From NCBI GenBank assembly GCA_038087875.1, contig CM075999.1, positions 2,110,001 through 2,174,000 of the forward strand: a DNA stretch of 64,000 nucleotides. Direction: 5' to 3'. The notes under the pieces were generated by a model, which searched no databases, had not been told where the DNA came from, and saw only the letters and a program-made list of their open reading frames with translations. A program made the translations under genes and the position numbers. Below, piece after piece: positions 37,306 to 48,987 of this stretch. The stretch is from Malacoraja senta. Taxonomy: Eukaryota. How positions within the stretch are numbered: position 1 is the first letter of the stretch; every line of letters starts with the position of its first letter.

Positions 37306-38267
37306 TCGAGACGTCGCCCGTTCCTTGTCCTCCAGAGATGCTGCCTGGCCCGCTGAGTTACTCCAGCGTGTTGTGTCTGTCGACACTGTGGCAATGCTGC
37401 AGGTTTTGACCTTGCCCTAAATTTACGAGAGGCATAGATACGGTAGACAGTCAGAACATTTTTCCCGGGATGGAAATATCAAATACTAGAGGGTTCAGGT
37501 TAAAGTGAGATGGGGCAACGTTTCACGTGCAGGGCAGGTTGTTTGTTTTGTTGCTTTGTGTAAATGTACACAGGGGGTGGTGAGTGTCAGGAACGTGCTG
37601 CCAGGGGAGGCAATGGAGGCAGTAAGGGGCGGCACGGTGGCGCAGCGGTAGAGTTGCTGCCTCACAGCGCCGGAGACCCGGGTTCGATCCCGACTACGGG
37701 TGCTCAAGATGCCAGCACCTCCAGTGATACAGCCTGGAAACAGGCCCAACTTGCCCTACATGTCCCAGCTACGCTTGTCCCACCTGCCCGCGCCTGGTCC
37801 ATATCCCTCCAAACCTGTCCTATCCATGTACCTGTCTACCTGTTTCTTAAACGTTGCGATAGTCCCGGCCTCTACTACCTCCTCCGGCTGTTCGTTCCAT
37901 ACACCCACCGCCCTTTGTGTGGAAAATGTTACCCCTCAGATTCCCGTCAAATCTTTTCCTTGTATCTCCAGGTGAATATAATGTGTGGGATGGAGCCATT
38001 AAAGACGGCAAAAGAGAAGGAGGATGAGACAGGATGTGGGCTGGAGTTTTGGATGTACCCTGCCCAGTGTTTGGAGGGTTTGGCTCAGCCACCAAGCACG
38101 ACACCTGGAGGCTGCAGCGAATCGTCCGATCAGCAGAGAAGGTTATTGGCTGCAACGGAACTTCCCTCCATTGATGAACTGTACACTGCAAGGGCCAGGA
38201 AGCGAGCGGGCAAGATCATCTCTGACCCCTCTCACCCTGGCCACAAACTCTTTGAATCACTTCCCTC

Positions 38268-38467
38268 NNNNNNNNNNNNNNNNNNNNNNNNNNNNNNNNN
38301 NNNNNNNNNNNNNNNNNNNNNNNNNNNNNNNNNNNNNNNNNNNNNNNNNNNNNNNNNNNNNNNNNNNNNNNNNNNNNNNNNNNNNNNNNNNNNNNNNNNN
38401 NNNNNNNNNNNNNNNNNNNNNNNNNNNNNNNNNNNNNNNNNNNNNNNNNNNNNNNNNNNNNNNNNNN
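38268..38467. other. Assembly gap (~200 N)
   Basis: Run of n. Confidence 0.99.
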
Positions 38468-38750
38468 TGTCACCTACACCAATTGGTTGCAGTGAAATTT
38501 GAGTTGCCATTTGCAGCTCGCCAATAAAAAGTAAAATACAACATTAAAGAATTTAACATTGAACATAAAAACATCCCCCCACAGTCGAGACCCTTCTTCA
38601 GACGGAGAGTCAGGAGAGAGGGAGATGCAGAGGTAAGGAAGTGTTGGGTGTGAAAATGAGACAATGGGGATGTAGATCAAGGAAAATGTAGAATAGATCA
38701 GTGTTAGCTCGGAGAAGGCATCAACGAAGCAAACAGAGAATAAAATGTAA

Positions 38751-38963
38751 GGTAGACGAAAATGCTGGAGAAACTCAGCGGGTGCAGCAGCATCTATGGA
38801 GCGAAGGAAATAGGCAACGTTTCGGGCCGAAACCCTGAAGGGTTTCGGCCCGAACGTTACCTATTTCCTAGGTACACAAAATGCTGGAGAAACTCAGCGG
38901 GTGCAGCAGCATCTTATGGAGCGAAGGAAACAGGCAACGTTTCGGGCCGAAACCCTTCTTCAG
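38751..38963 (-). mobile_element. Tandem PLE-derived insertion nested in another PLE 3' UTR
   Basis: TSD ATAAAATGTAA 38740-38750 / 38964-38974. Confidence 0.8.
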
Positions 38964-39476
38964 ATAAAATGTAAATGTGGACAGTGAGACTGGTTGGAGA
39001 ACTGGGAAAGGGGGTGGGATGGAGAGTGAGGGAAAGCAAGGGTTACTTGAAGTTAGAGAAATCTAACTGTGCCCATCTGCAGTTCCTCCCTACACATATT
39101 CTTGATGATGTGGCTCAGCGTGTCAGAGAATGGAAGGTGTGTAAAAAATAGTGGCGGGGTTATTCCAGGGTTGCCCATTGGTGGGGAAGACCCATGTACG
39201 GTGAGTGGGTCCTTTGGTTAGTACGGGTCATAAGGTCATAAGGCCATTCGGCCCATCAAGGCTACTCCACCATTTAATCATGGCTTATCTATCTCTCCCT
39301 CCTAACCCCATTCTCCTGCCTTCTCCCCGTGACCTCTGACACCCGTTCTAATCAAGAATCTATCCATCTCTGCTTTAAATATATCCACTAATTGTCTGGG
39401 GTTATGGGGAGAAGGCAGGAGAATTTGGTTAGGAGGGAGAGATAGATCAGCCATGATTGAATGGCGGAGTTATTAT

Positions 39477-40097
39477 CCACCAGGTGGCGCCGTACAATGG
39501 CAGCCTCGCCAATAGTTTGTCTTGACCTTTTCTTTCTTTGTTGTTTTTTAGTATGTTGTTCAATGTATGTTTGAGTGTATCTTCAGCTTTGTTTCATGTG
39601 GGGGATGGGGGTTGGGGGTTGGGGGTTGGGGGAATTAAAAAAAAATCTCTTTCCTCGACTGAGACGTGATTATTTTCTGTATCGTATCTCCGTCCGTGCT
39701 GCGGCCTGACATCGAGGAGCTGGCGGCCTCTTGCTGGGGATCGACTCCGGGAGCTCCAACCGTGGGAGCCTGCGGACTTTAACGTCGTGGAGCTCGCGGT
39801 CCCTTGGTTAGGGACCGGCTTCGGGAGCCCCAGGCCGCAAGAGCTTCGATCGCCCCGACTGCGGATGGTTCGACTGCCCCGACCACGGGAGAATAAAGAA
39901 GGAAGAAGATTAGACTTTATTGCCTTCCATCACAGTGAGGAACGTGGGAAATCCACTGTGGTGGATGTTTATGTTAACTTTAATGTCGTTGTGTGACTTG
40001 TTGCTTTTTCTAGTATGGCTGTCTGGTAAATCGAGTTCCACTGTACCTTAATTGGTACACGTGACAATAAAATACCTTTGAATCTTTGAATCTTTGA
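39477..40097 (+). mobile_element. GC-rich non-autonomous retroelement with Rex1-like tail, inserted in a CR1 tail
   Basis: Starts CCACCAGGTGGCGCC; ends GGTACACGTGACAATAAA...(TTGAATC)n; homologous to 1845-2288. Confidence 0.6.
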
Positions 40098-40227
40098 CTC
40101 GATGGGCCGAATGGCCTAATTCTACTCCTATCATGAAAAAAATCAACCACCCCCCCCCCCCACCTCTAAAGGCGTGATGTCTCGATGCACTTTGAGTCAC
40201 TTTTAAACATAATGCATGGTTTAATTC

Positions 40228-40535
40228 TTTAGTTTAAACATACAGCGTGGAAACAGGTCCTTCGGCCCATCGAGTCCGTGCCGACCAGCGATGACCCGGA
40301 CACTAGCACTATCTGCCACACACTAGTGACAATTTACATTCTTTACCGAAGCCAATTAACCTACAAACCTGGACGTCTTTGGAGTGTGGGAGGAAACTGA
40401 AGATCTCGGAGAAAACCCACACACGTCACAAGGAGAACGTACAAACTCCGTACAGACAGCACCCGTAGTCAGGATCGAACCCGGGTCTCTGGCGCTGTGA
40501 GGCAGCAACTCTACCGCTGCGCCACCGTGCCGCCC
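40228..40535 (-). mobile_element. V-SINE
   Basis: Reverse complement of consensus. Confidence 0.9.
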
Positions 40536-41139
40536 AGTTTGGGAAAACTTCAGCTTGATTAGACCATTTGAGGGTTGCAAGCTTTGTGATACTTAAAACT
40601 ACACGCAGGACTAATTATGTCCAGGATCTGATGACAGCGAGATTTCTACACTGTACTTTCAGTGTAGTTTATTGTCACGTGTACTGAGGTACGGTGAAAA
40701 GCTTTCTCATCTACCGAGGTTAATGAAGCTTTGGAAGTGGGGTTATCCCAATCCTGGTGGTATCCGTGGTCTCTAACCAGCTAACGTGGCGCAGCGGTAG
40801 AGTTGCTGCCCTACAGCACCAGAGGCCCAGGTTCAATCCTGACCACGGGTGCTGTCTGTACGGAGTTTGTACGTTTGTAAGTTTGGCGGGATGTGGACCA
40901 AACGCAGGCAGGTGGGAACTAGTGTAGCTGGGACATGGTGGGCCGGTGTAGGCCGAAGAGCCTGTTTCCGCACTATATCACTCTATGCATAACTCTATGC
41001 ATGTTCTCCCTGTGACCTGCGTGGGTTTCCTCCGGGAAGCTCCAGTTTCCTCGCACACTCCAAAGGCGTACAAGTTTGTAGGTTAATTGGCTGGCTCTGG
41101 TAAAATTATAAATTGTCCCTGGTGTGTGTAGGATAGAGT

Positions 41140-41193
41140 GGGGCGGGAGATTGCAACCTTCACGCGGTCCACCCTGTTTCGACGAATGCAATC
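41140..41193 (+). ncRNA. Predicted minimal HDV/CPEB3-like ribozyme (copy 3)
   Basis: P1 GGGGCGG/CCACCCU, P2 GAUUGCA/UGCAAUC, P3 ACC/GGU, L3 UUCACGC, J4/2 CGAA, in the canonical nested double-pseudoknot order. Confidence 0.75.
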
Positions 41194-41277
41194 AACCCGG
41201 CGCGGACAAAGAGAAGATCAAAGAAAACAAGTTGTCCTACAACTTTAGGCTGTGCACGCCATACGCAAGAAGAAGAA
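41140..41277 (+). mobile_element. Short non-autonomous retroelement with 5' HDV-like ribozyme (copy 3)
   Basis: Perfect 12-bp TSD GTAGGATAGAGT 41128-41139 / 41278-41289 within a V-SINE; ends GCCATACGCAAGAAGAAGAA. Confidence 0.9.
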
Positions 41278-41896
41278 GTAGGATAGAGTTAATGTGCGGG
41301 GATCGCTGGTCGGCATGGACATTGTGGGCCGAAAGGCCTGTTTCCGCGCTGTATCTCTAAACCAAACTAAATTACATTTCAGTTGAAAGTTTGTGAGATT
41401 TTCTGCATTAACAGATGCCATCATAATCGCAAATTGTTGATACGAGGCACCATTATCCCGCAGTTATTTGAGCAATGTTTGAAGAGGCCGGCTTTTAGCG
41501 GCTTCCCAGTGGGATTATGTACTTTTGGAGAGATATTATGATGTGAAGTGGCCAAATTAGCTTGGAGACATGGGTGGTTTATCTGCTGAGTGAGCGGGGC
41601 TTCAGTGTAGGTTTATTTAGTTGAAAACATTTAAAGAAGTTGATCCAGTGAGGACCTTCTCTTCACGTGGGACTTGAAGAAATAAACTTCCTGCTTGGAG
41701 GTAACGAGGCAAATAACTGAATCAATTCCCACCAAAAAAACAGCTCTTTTCTCAGCTGAATTCAGTTTAGTTTAAGGAGATTTTGCAGTGGAGCAGTCGA
41801 GATGTGTAGGAAGGAACTGCAGATGCTGGTTTAAACCGAAGATGGACACAAAATGCTGGAGTAACTCAGCGAGACAGGCAGCATTTCTGGAGAGAT

Positions 41897-42297
41897 TCAC
41901 TGGAGTTTAGAAGGATGAGGGGGAAACATATAAATTATTAAAAGGACTGGACAGGCAAATGCAGGAAAATGTTTCCCAATGTTGGGCGAGTCCAGAACCA
42001 GGGGCCACAGTCTTAGAATAAAGGGGAGGCCATTTAGGACTGAGGTGAGGAAAAACTTTTTCACCCAGAGAGTTGTGAATTTGTGGAATTCCCTGCCACA
42101 GAGGGCAGTGGAGGCCAAATCACTGGATGGATTTAAGAGGGAGTTAGATAGAGCTCTAGGGGCTGGTGGAGTCAAGGGATATGGGGAGAAGGCAGGCACG
42201 GACAGGTTATTGATTGGGGACGATCAGCCATGATCACAATGAATGGCGGTGCTGGCTCGAAGGGCCTCCTCCTGCACCTATTTTCTATGTTTCTATG
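41897..42297 (+). mobile_element. CR1 LINE 3' end inside a PLE-derived repeat
   Basis: LGESRTRGHSLRIKGRPFRTEVRKNFFTQRVVNLWNSLP. Confidence 0.92.
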
Positions 42298-44062
42298 AGA
42301 GAAGGAATGGGTGACGTTTCGGGTGGAGAGGCAGCTTAGTTTAGTTTATTGTCATGTGTACCGAGGCACAGTGAAAAGCTTTTGATGCATGCTAACCTGT
42401 CAGCGGAAAGACAAGTGGGTGAGTCTAGGACCAGAGGTTATAACCTCAGAATTAAAGGACGTACATTTAGGAAGGAGATGAGGAGGAATTTATTTAGTCA
42501 GAGGGTGGTGAATCTGTGGAATTCTTTGCCACAGAAGGCTGTGGAGGCCAAGCCAATGCATATATCTAAGGGTTATATGTCAGCGGTTATGAGGAGAAGG
42601 CAGGAGAATGGGGTTGAGAGGGAAAGATAGATCAGCCATGATTGAATGGCGGAGTAGACTTGATGGGCCGAATGGCCTAATTCTGCTCCTTTCACTTGTG
42701 ACCTTATGACAATACATGATTACAATCGAGCCATTCACAGTGCACAGATACATGATATGGGGATAACTTAGTGCATGGTAAAGGCAGTAAATTCTGATCA
42801 AAGATAGTCTGAGGGTCTCCAATGAGGTAGATAGTAGTTCAGCACTGCTCTCTGGTTGTGGTAGGATGGTTCAGTTGCCTGATAACAGCTGGGACGAACC
42901 TGTCATCTGTGATTCCTGGAGGAATGGGCCAGACATGAGGAGAAAGTAGGAACATGAGGATTAGAAACAGGTGTCCTAGAGTGAGACAGCTGCAAACAGG
43001 CCCTTTGGACCAACTTGCCCACAACAACCAACATGTCCCAACTACACTAGTCCCACCTGCCTGTGTTTGGCCCATATCTCTCTAAACCTAGGGGCGGAAA
43101 TCCCGGGGGGACAGGGGGGACAGGGGGGACCTGCCCCCCCCCCCAATGTTTTGAGAGGTGGGGGATGATCCCCCCACCCAAGCCAACGGATATTTTTTGG
43201 CAGAGATTGATAGATTCTTGATTAGCACAGGTGTCAGGGATTATGGGGAGAAGGCAGGAGAATGGGGTTAGGAGAGATAGATCAGCCATGATTGAATGGC
43301 CAAGTAGACTTGAAGGGCCGAATGGCCTAATTCTGCTCATAGAACTTATGAAAAAAAAGCCTGATCAGAAGCTCATTGGTTTCTGCTGAGAAAAACACTT
43401 AATCTTTGTATTTGACTACTTTAATCAGACAAGTGTGAATGAATCCAAACTAATCCAAGGGGAATAATTGCCCTACCACAGAGAGTGTGCAACTGGAGCA
43501 GGTGAGCCGTTTCTAACCATCAGGCAATTATTTTAAACTGAACACAGACACAAAATGCTGGAGTAACTCAGCGGGACAGGCAGCATCTGTGGAGAGAAGG
43601 AATTGGTGATGTTTCGGGTTATAGAAACATAGAAAATAGGTGCAGGAGGAGGCCAATTTGCTCTTCGAGCCAGCACCGCCATTCACTGTGATCATGGCTG
43701 ATCATTCACAATCAATAACCCGTGCCTGCCTTCTCCCCATATCCCTTGATTCCACTAGCCCCTAGAGCTCTATCTAACTCTCTTTTAAATTCATCCAGTG
43801 AATTGGCCTCCATTGCCCTCTGTGACAAAACCACAACTATCTGGGTGAAAAGTTTTTTTCTCATCTCATTTTTAAATGGCCTTCCCTTTATTCTTAGGCT
43901 GTGGCCCCTGGACTCGCCTGACATCGAAACCCTTCTTCAGACTACCTAGTCTATCTAGTCTAGTCTGAAGAAGGGACTTCCACATATGGTTGGCATGGAC
44001 TCAGTGGGCCGAAGGGCCTGTTTCCACGCTGTATCTCCAGACTCTAAACTCAAGAGATATAT

Positions 44063-44432
44063 ACAATAGACAATAGACAATAGGTGCAGGAGTAGGCCAT
44101 TCGGCCCTTCGAGCCAGCACCGCCATTCAATGTGATCATGGCTGATCATCCCCAATCAGTACCCCGTTCCTGCCTTCTCCCCATATCCCCTGACTCCGCT
44201 ATTTTTAAGAGCCTGATCTAGCTCTCTCTTGAAAGCATCCAGGGAACCTGCCTCCACCGCCCTCTGAGGCAGAGAATTCCACAGACTCACCACTCTCTGT
44301 GAGAAAAAGTGTTTCCTCGTCTCCGTTCTAAATGTCTTACTGCTTATTCTTAAACTGTGGCCCCTGGTTCTGGACACCCCCAACATCGGGAACATGTTTC
44401 CTGCCTCTAGCGTGTCCAAGCCCTTAACAATC
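44063..44432 (-). mobile_element. CR1 LINE 3' end
   Basis: KIVKGLDTLEAGNMFPMLG...GYGEKAGTGY. Confidence 0.92.
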
Positions 44433-44551
44433 TTGAGATGGCATTGTTGCAAACAATTGCAACCCAATGGAAAGTAATACATGTGATTGTTTTTTTAAAC
44501 AATAGGACTGCATATTCCTTTTTAAATCATCCGCAGCTTATTTCTTTGAGT

Positions 44552-45638
44552 TTTTAAGAAGGAACTGCAGATGCTGGAAAATCGAAGGTGGTCTAAAATG
44601 CTGGAGAAACTCAGCGGGTGCAGCAGCATCTATGGAGCGAAGGAAATAGGCAACGTTTCGGGCCGAAACCCTGAAAGGGTTTCGGCCCGAAACGTTACCT
44701 ATTTCCTTCCTGAAGGGTTTCGGCCTGAAAACGTTGCCTATTTCCTTCGCTCCATAGATGCTGCCTCACCCGCTGAGTTTCTCCAGCATTTTTTTTTTTT
44801 TTTTTGATTAATATTTTTATTAGGAGCAAACATATTATAAAGTATAGTAACATATTATAATAGAATAATATAACTTTTCATATACATCAATCATACATTG
44901 TTAAAATTGTCAATTGTCAATTAATTCTGCTTCTAATGTTTTTTTTAATATAGATAGAAAAAGAGAGGTAGAAAGGAAAAAGCATTACAAATATCGAGAA
45001 GAAAAAAAAGAGGTGAAATGAGTTATTTATTATACGTCATTGGAGATAAGTTCGTAGGTTATGATAGTTTTAAATCTAATCCTGAGTTCAAGCTTCAGTT
45101 GGGTTTTCGTGCTGGGCCCATCTATCCCTTCAAATAGTTAATAAATGGAGCCCATATTTTAACAAAAAGTTCTTGTTTGTCCATTAAGACGAGTCTAATT
45201 CTTTCTAGGTGTAGGGTCTCCGACATTTCCACAATCCACATTTTAATTGTGGGGGTTTCCAATAGGACCTTTCCAAAATGTTAATATTAATTTTTTCCCA
45301 GTTATTATACTGTAGTCAAGGAAGTTTCTTTGGTTTGTTGTGAGTGTTAAACTTTGTTCTGATATCCCAAGGATTATTAATTTTGAGTCTGGATCCAATT
45401 TAGTATTAACAACTTCAGAAATTATTTCAAAAATATCAATCCAGAAATTTTTAATTTGTATACAATTGGCAAAAGTATGTGTTAAATTGGCCTCTAGATG
45501 TAAGCATTTATCACAGATAGGAGAAATATGTGGGAAGATTCTATTTCGTTTTATTTTGGAATAATGTAATGTGTGTAAGACTTTAAATTGTATTAAAGCA
45601 TGTCTGTCATTTAATGTGTCTCCAGCATTTTTGTCCAC
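44552..45638. mobile_element. Palindromic PLE-derived insertion split by an L1 fragment
   Basis: Outer TSD CTTATTWCTTTGAGT 44537-44551 / 45639-45653. Confidence 0.75.
44793..45618 (-). pseudogene. L1-clade LINE 3' fragment (ORF2 C-terminal Cys/His zinc-knuckle region, UTR, poly-A)
   Basis: IQFKVLH...SPICDKC...LTHTFANC...FW...KKLILTFWK; T-run at 44788-44805; TSD TCTCCAGCATTTTT at ~44780 and 45619. Confidence 0.85.
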
Positions 45639-48600
45639 CTTATTACTTTGAGTGCATTTCATGGAAATATGTGGTGTTGCCTTGCCGAGGAAGGAGAATG
45701 ATTGCAGTCAAATTACCTGCACAAATATGTTGGCAGCTTTTTAGTCCTGAAGCCAAAGTCTTCCAAGCGGAATATTTAAAGATATATTATTTCTGGTACA
45801 ATCATTATTTGAATGTTTGACTATTAACCATGTGTGTAAAATGAAACCTATTCTGGTGAGCATTACGTATATTTTCTCTCACCATCTTCAATCTAGGTCT
45901 GGTCCAGATAAGCCATTCTCATGCCTACAGAATGGTGTAAGTTTAGATTAGAAATGCAGCACCGAAACAGGCCCTTCGGCCCACTGAGTCTGCACTGACC
46001 AGCGATCCCCGCACATTAACACTATCCTACATACACTAGGGACAATTTCCATTTATACCAAGCCAATTAATCTACAAACCTGAGGTACACAAAAATGCTG
46101 GAGAAACTCAGCGGGTGCAGCAGCATCTATGGAGCGAAGGAAATAGGCAACGTTTCGGGCTGAAACCCTTCTTCAGACTGATCAGTCAAACCTGTACGTC
46201 TTTGGAGTGTGGGAGGAAACCGAAGATCTCGGAGAAAACCCACGCAGGTCACGGGGAGAACGTGCAAACTCCGTACAGACAGCACCCGTAGTCGGGATCG
46301 AACCCGGGTTTCCGCCGCTGTCAGGCAGCAACTCTACCGCTGCGCCACCGTGCCGCCCTACAATGATGTATTAATCAGAAGGAAACCTGGTTTGGTGGCG
46401 CAGCGGTAGAATTACTGCCTGTCAGTGCCGGAGTCCCAGGTTCGATTCTGACCTTGGGTGCTGTCCGCACAGAACTTGTACATTCTCCCTGGGAACTGTG
46501 TGGGTTTTCTCCGGGTGCTCATGTCTCCTCCCACACTCCAAAGACGTGCAGGCTTGTCGGTTAATTTGGCTTCTGAAAATTGTCCCTTGCGTGTAGGATA
46601 GCGCTAATGTACGGGGTGATCGCTGGTCAGCATGGACTCGATAGGTTGAGGGGCCTTTGTCCACCCTGCATCTCTAAAGTCTAAAGTCAGGATTGAACCA
46701 CGGTCCCTGGCGCTGTGAGGCAGTGGCTCTGCCAGATAACCAGATGTCATCAGATGGCGGTGGGTATGTGGAATGAGCTGCCAGAAGAGGTAGTTTCGCT
46801 AGTGTGGAACAGTGTTGGTGTATGGGGGTGATAGCTGGTCAGCACAGACCCGGTGGGCTGAAGGGCCTGATTCCTTGCTGTATCTCTCCAGTCTAAAGAA
46901 TAGTCTATAGTCTAAATAGTTCTGCACAAGAACACCTGACAGAGGAGGTCTTTGATTTAGTACGGGACAGTGCTGGAGTACGGGGTGATCACAGGTCAGC
47001 ACAAACTCAGTGGGCCGAAGGGCCTGATTCCACGCTCTAGTCTAAAGCCTAAAGTCGTAACCGTGCAGCAGCAGGTCCAGGCCATTTGTGGAGCAAATAC
47101 AGCACTGAGGCCCCAGATAAACGGTTTGTCAGAGAGTGACCCGGTATGGAAACAGGCCCTTCGGCCCACATCGGCCAACATGCCCCATCTACACTGGTCC
47201 ATCCTGCCTTATTTCAAAAATATCAATCCAGAAATTTTTAATTTGTATACAATTGGCAAAAGTATGTGTTAAATTGGCCTCTAGATGTAAGCATTTATCA
47301 CAGATAGGAGAAATATGTGGGAAGATTCTATTTCGTTTTATTTTGGAATAATGTAATCTGTGTAAGACTTTAAATTGTATTAAAGCATGTCTGTCATTTA
47401 ATGTTTCTCCTGCATTTTTGTCCACCTTATTACTTTGAGTGCATTTCATGGAAATATGTGGTGTTGCCTTGCCTAGGAAGGAGAATGATTGCAGTCAAAT
47501 TACCTGCACAAATATGTTGGCAGCTTTTTAGTCCTGAAGCCAAAGTCTTCCAAGCGGAATATTTAAAGATATATTATTTCTGGTACAATCATTATTTGAA
47601 TGTTTGACTATTAACCATGTGTGTAAAATGAAACCTATTCTGGTGAGCATTACGTATATTTTCTCTCACCATCTTCAATCTAGGTCTGGTCCAGATAAGC
47701 CATTCTCATGCCTACAGAATGGTGTAAGTTTAGATTAGAGATACAGCACCGAAACAGGCCCTTCGGCCCACTGAGTCTGCACTGACCAGCGATCCCCGCA
47801 CATTAACACTATCCTACACACACTAGGGACAATTTCCATTTATACCAAGCCAATTAATCTACAAACCTGAGGTACACAAAAGTGCTGGAGAAACTCAGCG
47901 GGTGCAGCAGCATCTATGGAGCGAAGGAAATAGGCAACGTTTCGGGCCGAAACCCTTCTTCACACTGATCAGTCAAACCTGTACGTCTTTGGAGTGTGGG
48001 AGGAAACCGAAGATCTTGGAGAAAACCCACACAGGTCACGGGGAGAACGTGCAAACTCCGTACAGACAGCACCCGTAGTCGGGATCGAACCCGGGTTTCC
48101 GCCGCTGTCAGGCAGCAACTCTACTGCTGCGCCACCGTGCCGCCCTACAATGATGTATTAATCAGAAGGAAACCTGGTTTGGTGGCGCAGCGGTAGAATT
48201 ACTGCCTGTCAGTGCCGGAGTCCCAGGTTCGATTCTGACCTTGGGTGCTGTCCGTACAGAACTTGTACATTCTTCCTGGGAACTGTGTGGGTTTTCTCCG
48301 GGTGCTCATGTCTCCTCCCACACTCCAAAGACGTGCAGGCTTGTCGGTTAATTTGGCTTCTGAAAATTGTCCCTTGCGTGTAGGATAGCGCTAATGTACG
48401 GGGTGATCGCTGGTCAGCGTGGACTCGATCGGTTGAGGGGGCCTTTGTCCACCCTGCATCTCTAAAGTCTAAAGTCAGGATTGAACCACGGTCCCTGGTG
48501 CTGTGAGGCAGTGGCTCTGCCAGATAACCAGATGTCATCAGATGGCGGTGGGTATGTGGAATGAGCTGCCAGAAGAGGTAGTTTCGCTAGTGTGGAACAG

Positions 48601-48987
48601 TGTTGGTGTATGGGGGTGATAGCTGGTCAGCACAGACCCAGGGCCTGATTCCTTGCTGTATCTCTCCAGTCTAAAGTATAGTCTATAGTCTAAATAGTTC
48701 TGCACAAGAACACCTGACAGAGGAGGTCGTTGATTTAGTACGGGACAGTGCTGGAGTACGGGGTGATCACAGGTCAGCACAAACTCAGTGGGCCGAAGGG
48801 CCTGATTCCACGCTCTAGTCTAAAGCCTAAAGTCGTAACTGTGCAGCAGCAGGTCCAGGCCGTTTGTGGAGCAAATACAGCACTGAGGCCCCAGATAAAC
48901 AGTTTGTCAGAGAGTGACCCGGTATGGAAACAGGCCCTTCGGCCCACATCGGCCAACATGCCCCATCTACACTGGTCCCACCTGCCT
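45422..48987. repeat. Direct tandem duplication, unit ~1787 bp (45422-47208; 47209-~48987)
   Basis: TTATTTCAAAAATATCAATCC starts at 45422 and 47209; unique sequence and nested SINEs are duplicated with scattered substitutions and a ~10-bp indel. Confidence 0.95.

Noticed and set aside
37564..38527. 312-aa and overlapping ORFs
   Set aside because: Chimeras of CR1, SINE and Rex1 fragments read through the N gap
43089..43190. TAGGGGCGGAAATCCCGGGGGG possible DNA transposon end
   Set aside because: No matching opposite TIR or TSD found
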